This document shows positions 26,898 to 35,982 of a stretch of DNA of 64,000 bases, piece after piece (the stretch's first letter is position 1; every line of letters starts with the position of its first letter). Source of the DNA: Candidatus Nealsonbacteria bacterium (GTDB lineage: Bacteria; Patescibacteriota; Minisyncoccia; Minisyncoccales; DAOVPY01); NCBI GenBank assembly GCA_030628945.1, contig DAOVPY010000002.1, forward strand, positions 87,831 through 151,830, given 5' to 3'. The position numbers and the translations under genes are program-made. The notes under the pieces are model-generated. The model did no database searches, was not told the origin of the DNA, and was given only the letters and a program-made list of their open reading frames with translations.

Positions 26898-26940
26898 ATG
26901 CGTGAATAATATAATATAAGATAGCAAAAATCAAATCTCA

Positions 26941-27480
26941 TTACCCATATATTGGATTATTTTGGTCTTCTTTTGCTTTTTTCTTTGCGTCTTCTTTTTC
27001 GTGCAAATACTGCACCAGCCAATATTCAGGATAAGCCGCGTCAACCAATTCTTCAATTCTTTCTACTTGAGCAATAGAAACCTTATCGCGAGTTTTTTCA
27101 AACTTAAAAGATTGCGCTTTTAATTCGTCTGATGCTTCTTCTCCATATTCCGCCAAAATACTAGGTATTTCTTGCTTTTTGCCGTTTACTTCAACCAATT
27201 CTGTTTTAAATCCCAATTTTGCCCAATCCCTATGCTGCAATCCAAATAAACGACGCATTGTTTCCGCGTATTTTTTTTCATCCACGGAAGCTGTCTCTAA
27301 AAACTTTGCCAAATGTTTTTGGGCATTTTCTCTTTTTCCTATTTCCTCGGAATTAAGATTTTCCAGATATGATTTTGTGATTTCTTCCAATTCTTTTTCT
27401 TTGCCTTCTAAAATTTCCTGGTCTGTTAATTGAGCTCCTGATTCTTGCTTTGGACATTTTTTTTCAATTGAATTTCGCAT
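26941..27480 (-). CDS. Hypothetical protein inserted between infA and rpmJ
   Basis: 179-aa charged ORF. Start moved to the ATG 17 nt after the infA stop. No motif recognised. Confidence 0.5.
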   Translation of the reverse strand: MRNSIEKKCPKQESGAQLTDQEILEGKEKELEEITKSYLENLNSEEIGKRENAQKHLAKFLETASVDEKKYAETMRRLFGLQHRDWAKLGFKTELVEVNGKKQEIPSILAEYGEEASDELKAQSFKFEKTRDKVSIAQVERIEELVDAAYPEYWLVQYLHEKEDAKKKAKEDQNNPIYG

Positions 27481-27496
27481 ATTTTTTTGTTTATAA

Positions 27497-27736
27497 CTAC
27501 TTTCCGCGATACACAATTCTGCCCCGGGTTTCGTCGTAAGGGGTCATTTCTACTGTTACCTTGTCGCCGGCTAAAATTTTAATCCTGTATATCCGAAGCC
27601 GCCCGGCTAAATGAGCCAAAATCTCCTTTCCATCGTCTAATTTAACTCTGAACAACAAACTGGGCAGGGTTTCCAAAACAATGCCTTGTTTTATTATTTT
27701 GCCCTTGCGTTTTGAATTCTTATTATTTTGGTCCAT
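27497..27736 (-). CDS. infA: Translation initiation factor IF-1
   Basis: [31 protein letters not shown]...[19 protein letters not shown]. Confidence 0.95.
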   Translation of the reverse strand: MDQNNKNSKRKGKIIKQGIVLETLPSLLFRVKLDDGKEILAHLAGRLRIYRIKILAGDKVTVEMTPYDETRGRIVYRGK

Positions 27737-27777
27737 TTATTACCTAAAATAATAGCAAAAATACTCTAATAAGTCAA

Positions 27778-29583
27778 TCACTCCAAAATTGCTCTTATTC
27801 TTCTCACCCCTGCGCTTGATGATTGTTCTTTTACAATCTTAAACCTGCCCAACTCCCCGGTTCTTTTCGCATGGGGACCCGCGCAAATTTCTTTAGAAAA
27901 CCCGCCAATTGAATAAACACTCACTTTTTCCGGATATTTTTCTCTAAAGAATGCTAATGCGTTGGATTTTATCGCTTCTTGATAAAACATCTCCTCTTTT
28001 TTAACAATCAAATCTTGTTTAATTTTTTGATTAACTAAATCCTCAACTTTTTTTAATTCGTCGGAAGTCATCTTCCGTTCAAAAGAAAAATCAAATCTTA
28101 ATCGTTCCAAGTTAATATCCGAACCCATCTGCTTTACTTGTTCGCCTAAAATCTCTCTTAAAGCAGAATGTAACAAATGGGTGGCAGTATGAAGTTCCGC
28201 TGAAAACTCTCCACCGCCCCCAAATTTCTTTTCTTTTCCTGCGCGGGAAATTTCCTGATGCTGTTTCAGCGCCTTATTAAAACCTTGCTCATCTACTTTC
28301 CTGCCACGTTCTTTCGCCATTTCTTTGAGCATCTCAATGGGAAATCCATAGGTCTGGTATAAATCAAACGCTTGTTTTCCGGAAATATCTCCTTGAGCAA
28401 CTACTGAACTCGTTTCTTTCATGCCTGTATCCAGCGCTTTCTTAAATTTTTCCTCCTCTTTCTGAATTACTGTCAAAATATCCGCTTGTTTTGACTGAAC
28501 CTCTGGATAGATATCTTTATAAATCTCAATTACTTTCTGGGCTAAAGGAATTAAAAATCCCGGCTTTGCTCCTAAAATTTTTCCATAACGCATCGCCCTC
28601 CTCAAAAGCCGGCGCAAAACATAACCCTGTTCCACGTTTAACGGCAAAATGCCTTCGCTGATTAAAAAAACCGCGGCCCGAATATGGTCGGCGATAATTC
28701 TATAGTTTGTAGTTTGTAGTTTGTAGTTTGTAGAAGAAATTTTTTCTAATTCTTGAATAATTGGTAAAAATAAATCTGTTTCGTAAGCCGAAGCTTTATT
28801 TTGCAAAATTGCCGCCATTCTTTCCAACCCCATTCCGGTATCCACGCTCTTCTGCGGCAGTAATTGATATTTTCCGTTTTTGTCTTTGTAATATTGGATA
28901 AAAACCAAATTCCATATTTCTATAAATCTCTGGCAATGAACACAATTCGGTGCGCAATCTTTTCTATTACAGCCGAATTTTTCTCCCCTGTCAAAAAAAA
29001 TCTCTGAATTCGGTCCGCAAACGCCAACCTCTCCTACCGGGCCCCAAAGATTGTCTTCTTTGCCAAATTCCTTTATTCTTTCCTTTGGGATATTATTTTC
29101 CTGCCAAATTTTTAGCGACTCTTCATCTCTTGGAATACCCCCACTACCAAAATTTTGGTGTGGGGGTAAATCTTTATTTCCCTTGAAAATAGTCGGATAT
29201 AATTTGTTTTTGTCAAATCCTAGTTCGTTCACTAGGAATTCAAGCGCAAACTTTATGGCTCCCTCTTTAAAATAATTTCCATTTTCGTCCTGGCCGATAG
29301 ACCAATTGCCCAACATCTCAAAAAAAGTGTGATGGGTATCGTCGCCTATTTCTCCAATATCATCGCTGCGAAAGCATTTCTGGCAGTCAACTAAATGTTG
29401 CGAGCCAAATTTTTTAATCGGGTCTTGCTTCCCTTCCAGCTCCAAAGCAAACTGCTGCATCCCGGCAGTGGTAAATAGAACGCTGGAATCAGGGGGCATT
29501 AACGAAAACGAAGGCGCTGTTTTATGCCCTCTTTTCTCAAAAAACTTTAAAAACTTTTCCCGCAATTCCTTTGACGCCATCAT
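27778..29583 (-). CDS. alaS: Alanine--tRNA ligase, lacking the C-terminal C-Ala/DHHA1 region
   Basis: Class II core (FTTAGMQQF), editing-site HTATHLLH and CAGPH. Ends right after GVRRIRAILE. Start moved to MMASKELREKF. Confidence 0.9.
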   Translation of the reverse strand: MMASKELREKFLKFFEKRGHKTAPSFSLMPPDSSVLFTTAGMQQFALELEGKQDPIKKFGSQHLVDCQKCFRSDDIGEIGDDTHHTFFEMLGNWSIGQDENGNYFKEGAIKFALEFLVNELGFDKNKLYPTIFKGNKDLPPHQNFGSGGIPRDEESLKIWQENNIPKERIKEFGKEDNLWGPVGEVGVCGPNSEIFFDRGEKFGCNRKDCAPNCVHCQRFIEIWNLVFIQYYKDKNGKYQLLPQKSVDTGMGLERMAAILQNKASAYETDLFLPIIQELEKISSTNYKLQTTNYRIIADHIRAAVFLISEGILPLNVEQGYVLRRLLRRAMRYGKILGAKPGFLIPLAQKVIEIYKDIYPEVQSKQADILTVIQKEEEKFKKALDTGMKETSSVVAQGDISGKQAFDLYQTYGFPIEMLKEMAKERGRKVDEQGFNKALKQHQEISRAGKEKKFGGGGEFSAELHTATHLLHSALREILGEQVKQMGSDINLERLRFDFSFERKMTSDELKKVEDLVNQKIKQDLIVKKEEMFYQEAIKSNALAFFREKYPEKVSVYSIGGFSKEICAGPHAKRTGELGRFKIVKEQSSSAGVRRIRAILE

Positions 29584-29688
29584 ATTTATAATACCCAAAA
29601 AACCAAAATAACACAAATAAAAATAAAATCTCGCCCAAAAGGTGAGATTTATTTCTATTATTTTATAATCCAAACATTTTTTATCAGA

Positions 29689-30165
29689 TTATTCGTCTTT
29701 GTCTCGTTCAGCTATTTCTCTAATAATATCAAGCATCTGGTTCGCGGACCACGATGGTGATCTGTGAATCAATCCCTTAACATGAAGGGCAAACCAAGGC
29801 TCGTTGTAATATACATTATGGGCAACGCCTAATCTTAACATCTCCATCCGAACCTTTTCAGCGTCTTCGCTGCCATCATGATCAAGATGTAGCACGGGAT
29901 GCCATTTGCTCCAAATTAAAGGTGTATCACTATCCCTATCGCTTTTTAATCCAAGTCCCTCAGCCATTCTAACAGCACTTTCGTAAGAAACGTTCCTTAT
30001 CTCAAATAGATCCCTATCGCCATGACCATGACACGCATGCAAAACGAGTTTTTCTGTTTCTGGGTCATAATGTAAAGAATAATCAGATTTAATAAGAAAC
30101 TCGCGAAGGGTCTCAGGATACATTGCCAAATTACCAACCACAACTTTCCTTTCAAAATTTTCCAT
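29689..30165 (-). CDS. Hypothetical protein
   Basis: 158-aa ORF, His/Asp-rich; no motif recognised. Confidence 0.45.
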   Translation of the reverse strand: MENFERKVVVGNLAMYPETLREFLIKSDYSLHYDPETEKLVLHACHGHGDRDLFEIRNVSYESAVRMAEGLGLKSDRDSDTPLIWSKWHPVLHLDHDGSEDAEKVRMEMLRLGVAHNVYYNEPWFALHVKGLIHRSPSWSANQMLDIIREIAERDKDE

Positions 30166-30267
30166 ATCTTTTCACTTCCTATTTTTTTTCCAAAAATTTT
30201 CAAAGAGCGTTATTAATTCTACTTTCTCTCTCCTCTTTGTATTTTAAGATTAGCAGAATTTGAGAGA

Positions 30268-31305
30268 TCAGTCAATCACGCCGCCGCCTAAGAGTTGTTG
30301 TCCCGAGTAAAATACCACGGACTGGCCCGGAGTTATTGCCCGCTGAGGTTTATTAAATTTTAGGTGATAAGTTTTAGGTTTTAGGTTTTTAGTTATTATA
30401 GCTAAAGCGGCTTTGTGGCGGTACCGGATTTTTGCTTTCACTTTTATCGGTAATTTGTACGGGCTTCCGGAAATCCAATTCACTTTCTCGCAAATTAACT
30501 CTTTTTTGTCTAAATCCTTTTTATGTCTGGTAACAATTAAAATATTCCTTTTCAAATCCTTATCTAAAACATAATAGGGCCTGCCGCCGCCAATTCCTAT
30601 GCCGGCGCGCTGGCCAATAGTGTAAAAACACAAACCTTGATGCTCGCCAAGAACCTTGCCTTTAATATCAGCGACTATCCCTTTTTTCTGACAGAGACGT
30701 TGTTTTAGAAATTCATTTTGCGCGCCTTGGATAAAACAGACGTCTTGGGATTCGGGCCTGACAAACTTTGAAATTCCAAATTCTTCAGCCAAATCTCTCA
30801 CTTGTTTTTTGGTGTAATTTCCCAACGGAAATAAAATATGTTTGAGTTGTTTTTGATTTAACTGCCATAAAAAATACGACTGATCTTTTTGTTTGTCTTT
30901 GGCGCAGAAAAGCCGTGTATTCCTAATTTCGGCATAGTGTCCGGTGGCGATAAAATCAAATCTTCGCTTCTTCGCTTGTTTTAATAATAATTTGAATTTT
31001 ATTTCTTTATTACAAACCACGCAGGGATTGGGAGTCCTCCCTCTTTTAAGTTCCTTTAAAAAATAACCAATAATTTTTTTCTTGAATTCCTTTCTCAAAT
31101 CCAAAACAAAAAAAGGAATCCCCAAAAATTTGGCGATTCTTTGAGCGCTTTTTTTGGCGTCTTTGAGTTGAGAAGAATCAAAAAGCCGCAGAAAAACTCC
31201 GGCCACATTAAAACCCTGTCTTTTCAACAGGGCAGCGGCAACGCCGGAATCTACGCCTCCGGACATTGCTGTTAAAATTTTTGGGATTTTTTTTATCTTA
31301 CCCAT
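30268..31305 (-). CDS. mnmA: tRNA 2-thiouridine(34) synthase MnmA
   Basis: PP-loop SGGVDSGVAA; PNPCVVCNKEIKF; GHYA. Confidence 0.9.
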   Translation of the reverse strand: MGKIKKIPKILTAMSGGVDSGVAAALLKRQGFNVAGVFLRLFDSSQLKDAKKSAQRIAKFLGIPFFVLDLRKEFKKKIIGYFLKELKRGRTPNPCVVCNKEIKFKLLLKQAKKRRFDFIATGHYAEIRNTRLFCAKDKQKDQSYFLWQLNQKQLKHILFPLGNYTKKQVRDLAEEFGISKFVRPESQDVCFIQGAQNEFLKQRLCQKKGIVADIKGKVLGEHQGLCFYTIGQRAGIGIGGGRPYYVLDKDLKRNILIVTRHKKDLDKKELICEKVNWISGSPYKLPIKVKAKIRYRHKAALAIITKNLKPKTYHLKFNKPQRAITPGQSVVFYSGQQLLGGGVID

Positions 31306-31314
31306 TATTTATTT

Positions 31315-31839
31315 TTAAGTAAACCTGTCAGCGACAACGCTAGCGACAAAAGACTCCGGCTTTATTTTTGCCTCAAAACCGTTGCCGCGAATAAGGCCAA
31401 CCACTTCCTTAATCATATCTTTGGTCCTGCCGTTTTCTCCGACATCGGCATGAATATAGCGAAATTGATAATTACAAAAACCGGTTTTGCTTTTCGTTTT
31501 TTCCACAATTCTTTCCCGCAATGACAAAGCCATTTGGCAGGAAAGTAAAACCTCTTCCAGAATTCGCTCTTTCCAATTATAAAATTTTTTCTTGGAACCC
31601 CTGTAATTTATTTTTTTAAGAAAAAATCTCCCCCCCTCGCCTTTTCTTAAAACAACTATAGCTATCGGAAACCGAGGTTCTTCTTCCGAAGAAGAATCGC
31701 AGCCAACAATAATTTCATAAAACTTTTCTGGTTTTTCTCTAATATAATCTATTATTTCTTCTATCATGCTGACATCGCTCAAATTTCCCCTGCTCGGACT
31801 ATAAAAATAACCTTTTAAAATATTTTCCATAATTTTCAT
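31315..31839 (-). CDS. YkuK/DUF458-like RNase-H-fold protein
   Basis: IIVGCDSS...PIAIVVLRKGEGGRFF pattern, recalled from the DUF458 family. Confidence 0.5.
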   Translation of the reverse strand: MKIMENILKGYFYSPSRGNLSDVSMIEEIIDYIREKPEKFYEIIVGCDSSSEEEPRFPIAIVVLRKGEGGRFFLKKINYRGSKKKFYNWKERILEEVLLSCQMALSLRERIVEKTKSKTGFCNYQFRYIHADVGENGRTKDMIKEVVGLIRGNGFEAKIKPESFVASVVADRFT

Positions 31840-31881
31840 CCTTGATGATAACAGTTTTTATAACCAAAAGTCAACCATGCC

Positions 31882-32574
31882 CTATGCCGCGGCTTTAATT
31901 ATTTTAATGAATTCTTGGGGATCCAAAGATGCCCCGCCCACTAATAATCCGTTCATCCCCGCCTCTTTGAGATAACCGCGAGCATTTTTGGAATTCACGC
32001 TTCCACCATAAAGAATTGGAATATTTGTTTTCAATGTTTTCCTAATCAAAGCGCTCATTTTTCTTGCTTTCTCTATACTGCAGGGCCTGCCGGTGCCGAT
32101 GGCAAAGACCGGCTCATACGCCAAAACTAAATTTTTGAATTGTTTTTTTGAAAGACCCTTTATGTCTTTTTTAATTTGAGACACTTTGTCAACGCACAAA
32201 ATAACGTTCAAATTATTTTCCAGCGCGGCTTTTATTTTCTTATTGACGAGTTCATCGGTTTCCTGAAAATATTTCCTTCTTTCAGAATGGCCGACAATAA
32301 CATATTTACAACCTAAATCTTTCAGCATTCCAGGTGAAACCTCGCCGGTAAAAGCGCCTTTTTCCTCCCAAAAACAATTCTGTCCTCCCAACTTAATAAT
32401 TGATAACTGATTATTAATTACTGATAGATACTGAAACGGCGGACAAATCACTACCTCTGCCTTTTTATTCTTTATTTTCCTTAGTCCTTTTTCTATAGAA
32501 CTAAAAATCCGATTAGCTTCGGCTAATGTTTGCGGATTCATCTTCCAGTTGGCTATAATAAGTGATTTACTCAT
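31882..32574 (-). CDS. tpiA: Triosephosphate isomerase
   Basis: IIANWKMN, VGHSERR, AYEPVFAIGTG, ILYGGSV. Confidence 0.95.
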   Translation of the reverse strand: MSKSLIIANWKMNPQTLAEANRIFSSIEKGLRKIKNKKAEVVICPPFQYLSVINNQLSIIKLGGQNCFWEEKGAFTGEVSPGMLKDLGCKYVIVGHSERRKYFQETDELVNKKIKAALENNLNVILCVDKVSQIKKDIKGLSKKQFKNLVLAYEPVFAIGTGRPCSIEKARKMSALIRKTLKTNIPILYGGSVNSKNARGYLKEAGMNGLLVGGASLDPQEFIKIIKAAA

Positions 32575-32591
32575 AATTTTGTTTTAAAAAT

Positions 32592-32718
32592 GAGGAATGT
32601 GGTTTCAGGGACATATTGTAAGCGAGGCGAATGAAAATTTTTAGTATGGGGTGGTTGGGTGGGTCTAATTACTAAAAATTTTCATTTGCCGAGCGATATA
32701 AAACCAGCATTCCGAATG
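32592..32718. repeat. GGAATGTGGTTT-type structured intergenic element, copy B
   Basis: About 90% identical by eye to copy C. Nested inverted repeats ggaatgtggttt/aaaccagcattcc and aatgaaaatttttagta/tactaaaaattttcatt. Confidence 0.8.
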
Positions 32719-32723
32719 AATTA

Positions 32724-33812
32724 TTATTGTTTCCGAAGATATTCGGCCGCTTTTTCCGGTTCAATCGTGGAAATTTCCATCATAGTGCCGATTTCAAACC
32801 CGGCCCAGGTTGACGTTTTTGGCAAAATGGTCCAATGCCAATGATAATCAGGATATTTCTTTCCATCGCAAGGCGCGGTGTGAAGATAAAAATTATAAGC
32901 CGGGTCGTTCAATCCCTTGTAAATCTTGCTCAGAGCGTTTTGAAACGCTTGCGCCAGATGTTGTTTTTCTTTTTCTGTAATTTTCTCAAAATAAGGAAGA
33001 TGCTTTTTAGGCGAAATAATAACCTCAAAAGCTCTTTTGGAGGCAAAAGGGCAAATAACCAGGAAATCTTTATTTTCAAAAATTTTCCTTTTTTTGCTTT
33101 TTCTCTCCCATTCACACATTAAACAATAAACACATTTTTTGTGAACCCTGAAATACTTTTTAGAATTGTGAATCGCTTTTTTTAAATCCGTATCAATAAG
33201 AGGGGTGGTAATAATCTGAGAATGAGGATGAACAATTGAAGCGCCGGCTTCTATTCCGTGATTATGAAAAACAGAAATATAATTCACGAATTTTTCCTTC
33301 ATCAGCCATAAATATCTCTCTTGATAAACATCAATCACCTCTTTAATTTGGCTCACCGAGAATTGAGCCATTTGCTTGCTATGCTCCCGGGTAATCACTA
33401 CTTCGTGAAAGCCAACCGCGCTGAGTTTTTCATACAATCCTCCCTCAATATGTTTATCTATTCTGGACCCTGGAACAAAAGCCGGATATTTATTCGGCAC
33501 AACTATGGTAGTCCATTGTCGCGGAACTCCTTCATCAGCTCTAAATTCCTTTTTTTTACCATTATTGAAAACTAAAACAGGTCTTCCCTGACTGGAAATA
33601 TTACAAAAAGGACAAGCGCTTTTGGAAATTTTTTCTATTTTTCTTCTCTCTTTCTTAAATGTCTCCGGCCTCCGAGCCCGACCCGTGGCAATGACAACCC
33701 AATCCTTGCTCGCCAGGTCAAAACGGAGTTCAGATGGAAATTTCGTTTGTTTGAATTTTGAGCTTGATTTGGCATAATTTGGCATAATTTGGATTTTGGA
33801 TTTCTCAATCAT
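32724..33812 (-). CDS. galT: Galactose-1-phosphate uridylyltransferase (HIT family)
   Basis: CPFC zinc site and the HPHSQI active-site motif. The start may be the internal Met at 33785. Confidence 0.8.
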   Translation of the reverse strand: MIEKSKIQIMPNYAKSSSKFKQTKFPSELRFDLASKDWVVIATGRARRPETFKKERRKIEKISKSACPFCNISSQGRPVLVFNNGKKKEFRADEGVPRQWTTIVVPNKYPAFVPGSRIDKHIEGGLYEKLSAVGFHEVVITREHSKQMAQFSVSQIKEVIDVYQERYLWLMKEKFVNYISVFHNHGIEAGASIVHPHSQIITTPLIDTDLKKAIHNSKKYFRVHKKCVYCLMCEWERKSKKRKIFENKDFLVICPFASKRAFEVIISPKKHLPYFEKITEKEKQHLAQAFQNALSKIYKGLNDPAYNFYLHTAPCDGKKYPDYHWHWTILPKTSTWAGFEIGTMMEISTIEPEKAAEYLRKQ

Positions 33813-34524
33813 ATCTATGACTGAGCAGATTCTTTCTAATCTGGAAAATCTCTAACAGCATCTTAATCATTGATTTAAATTTCACCCTGCTTTCCGGATT
33901 ATTTCTCCATATAACCGGAATCTCTTTTATTTTATATCCCATTTTTTTTGCTAAAACTAAAACCTCAACATCAAAAGCAAAACGATGAATTTTACATTTT
34001 GAAAAAATATCCTTAGCTGTACGAGCTGTAAATCCCTTAAAACCGCACTGGGTATCCCAAATTCCCCAAAGTCCTGAAATTACCTGAACGAGCAAATTAA
34101 AAACATTGCCCAGCATTATCCGCCACCAGGGCTGAGGCAAGGCAATTATTGTTCCTTTTATATCGCGCGAACCAATAACTACTTCATAACCCTTTTCAAA
34201 TTGGGGCCACATATTTTCAATTTGATCAATTGAAGTAGCGTTATCAGCGTCGCTGAAAATCCGATATTCTCCTTTTGCTTCCAGCATCCCCTGCCGCACC
34301 ACATAACCCTTGCCATGATTTTCCTTATTGTCAATCATTTTCAAATTTCTAATGACAGAGACCTGTTCTCTGCCAACTTCGGCTGTCCTGTCTTTTGAGC
34401 CGTCATTAACCACTAAAATCTCATAATCATAGGTTTGTTTTGACAGATACTTATCAATTTCTTTCAGAGTATTTGCCAGCTGTTTTTCCTCATTATAAGC
34501 CGGAATAATAATTGATAGATACAT
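33805..34524 (-). CDS. Family-2 glycosyltransferase (dolichyl/polyprenyl-phosphate glycosyltransferase-like)
   Basis: LSIIIPAYNEE, VNDGSKD, DADN. Confidence 0.8.
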   Translation of the reverse strand: MYLSIIIPAYNEEKQLANTLKEIDKYLSKQTYDYEILVVNDGSKDRTAEVGREQVSVIRNLKMIDNKENHGKGYVVRQGMLEAKGEYRIFSDADNATSIDQIENMWPQFEKGYEVVIGSRDIKGTIIALPQPWWRIMLGNVFNLLVQVISGLWGIWDTQCGFKGFTARTAKDIFSKCKIHRFAFDVEVLVLAKKMGYKIKEIPVIWRNNPESRVKFKSMIKMLLEIFQIRKNLLSHRYD

Positions 34525-34574
34525 ATATTTGTTTTCAAGCGAGCGAAAAAAAAGGTTATAGCTTTACTATATTT

Positions 34575-35324
34575 TTATAGTACCACAGTTAGAATTTTAG
34601 CGCCATTTTGGGTGATAACCATTTGGTGTTCAAAATGCGCGGATAGAGAGCCATCTGCTGTTTCAAAGCCGTAATGGTCTTTGGATTTTTTTATTTTCCA
34701 ATCCCCTACTGTAACCATCGGCTCCAAACAAAAAACCATGCCCGATTTTATTTTGGGGCCCGTATGCCGTTTGCCGTAGTTGAGAATCTGCGGGTCCTCG
34801 TGAAGTTCTTTGCCAATTCCGTGGCCGCAGAGCTCGCGGACAACATTAAATCCCTGGGACTCCACATATCTTTGAATTGTATTTCCAATATCGCCGAAAG
34901 TATTTCCCGGCCTTGCTTTTTTAATCCCTCTTTTCAACGCTTTCTTGGTAACCCGAATCATTCGCAAGACCTCCAATTCAACTTTTCCTATTGGAACCGT
35001 TATTGCCATATCCGCAAAATACCCTTTCCATATAAGCCCTAAATCCAAGGATAAAATGTCGCCTTGTTTTAGTTTGTAGAGAGACGGAACGCCGTGAACT
35101 ATTACTTGATTCACAGAGGCGCAAAGCGCGGTCGGGTATCCCTCGTGGCCCTTGAAAGCAGGTTTGGCGCCATAACTTAAAATAAGGTCTTCAGCGACCT
35201 TATCTAATTCTCTAGTGGTTATTCCCGGCTCAACTCTTGCCATCAACTGCTTCATAATTTTTGCCAGGATTCTCCCTGCCTCAGTCATTATAACGATTTC
35301 TTGAGGGGTCTTGATTGAAATCAT
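34575..35324 (-). CDS. map: Methionine aminopeptidase type I
   Basis: VHGVP, DLG..WKGYFADM, GHGIG..HE, FCLEPM. Confidence 0.95.
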   Translation of the reverse strand: MISIKTPQEIVIMTEAGRILAKIMKQLMARVEPGITTRELDKVAEDLILSYGAKPAFKGHEGYPTALCASVNQVIVHGVPSLYKLKQGDILSLDLGLIWKGYFADMAITVPIGKVELEVLRMIRVTKKALKRGIKKARPGNTFGDIGNTIQRYVESQGFNVVRELCGHGIGKELHEDPQILNYGKRHTGPKIKSGMVFCLEPMVTVGDWKIKKSKDHYGFETADGSLSAHFEHQMVITQNGAKILTVVL

Positions 35325-35980
35325 TTGAGTTTGATTAGGATTTCTTTGAAAACATCTTCTATCGGCTGCTCGCCGTTAATTCGGATAAGCCGGTTTTGGT
35401 CCTCATAATATTTCACAACTTTCGTTACTCTTTCGTCATAATAATCCAAGCGACTTTTTATCGCTTCGGGACTATCATCCGGACGAGTAACCAATTCGCC
35501 GCCGCATTTATCGCAAACTTTTATTTTTTTAAACTCGCCAACCCATGGAATCAATCTGCCGCATTTCTTGCAAATTCGTCTTTTTGACAACCGGCCAAAC
35601 GCTTCTTCTCTTGATATATCAATTAACAAATTAAAGGTTCTGTCTTTTCTGTCCAAAAAGTCCAAAAATTTGTCTAAGGATTTGGCCTCATTAACACGGC
35701 GAGGAGCGCCGTCAAGAATAAATCCCTGTCTTTCTTTGAGGTTATAAGCAAGTTTATGCATCCATAAAGTAGTTGCCATATCATCAAACGGCAATCCACC
35801 TTCTTTTATAATTTTTTTAATTCTTATGCTGGTATCTGTATCTGCCTTAGCTAAATCCCTAAATAAATCACCCGTAGAAATATAAAACAGATTTCCGAAA
35901 TGCTTCATTAAAAGTTTTGCCTGGGTTCCTTTTCCGCAACCAGATCTCCCTATTAAAGTAAAATTCATTGGTTTAGACAT
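35321..35980 (-). CDS. adk: Adenylate kinase (zinc-lid type)
   Basis: P-loop GRSGCGKGTQA; lid CKKCGR...CDKCGG. Confidence 0.9.
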   Translation of the reverse strand: MSKPMNFTLIGRSGCGKGTQAKLLMKHFGNLFYISTGDLFRDLAKADTDTSIRIKKIIKEGGLPFDDMATTLWMHKLAYNLKERQGFILDGAPRRVNEAKSLDKFLDFLDRKDRTFNLLIDISREEAFGRLSKRRICKKCGRLIPWVGEFKKIKVCDKCGGELVTRPDDSPEAIKSRLDYYDERVTKVVKYYEDQNRLIRINGEQPIEDVFKEILIKLK

Positions 35981-35982
35981 AT

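Noticed and set aside
29997-30203. 68-aa minus-strand ORF overlapping the 5' part of gene 29689-30165
   Set aside because: Alternative frame of a longer, better-supported ORF, with hydrophobic junk-like sequence.
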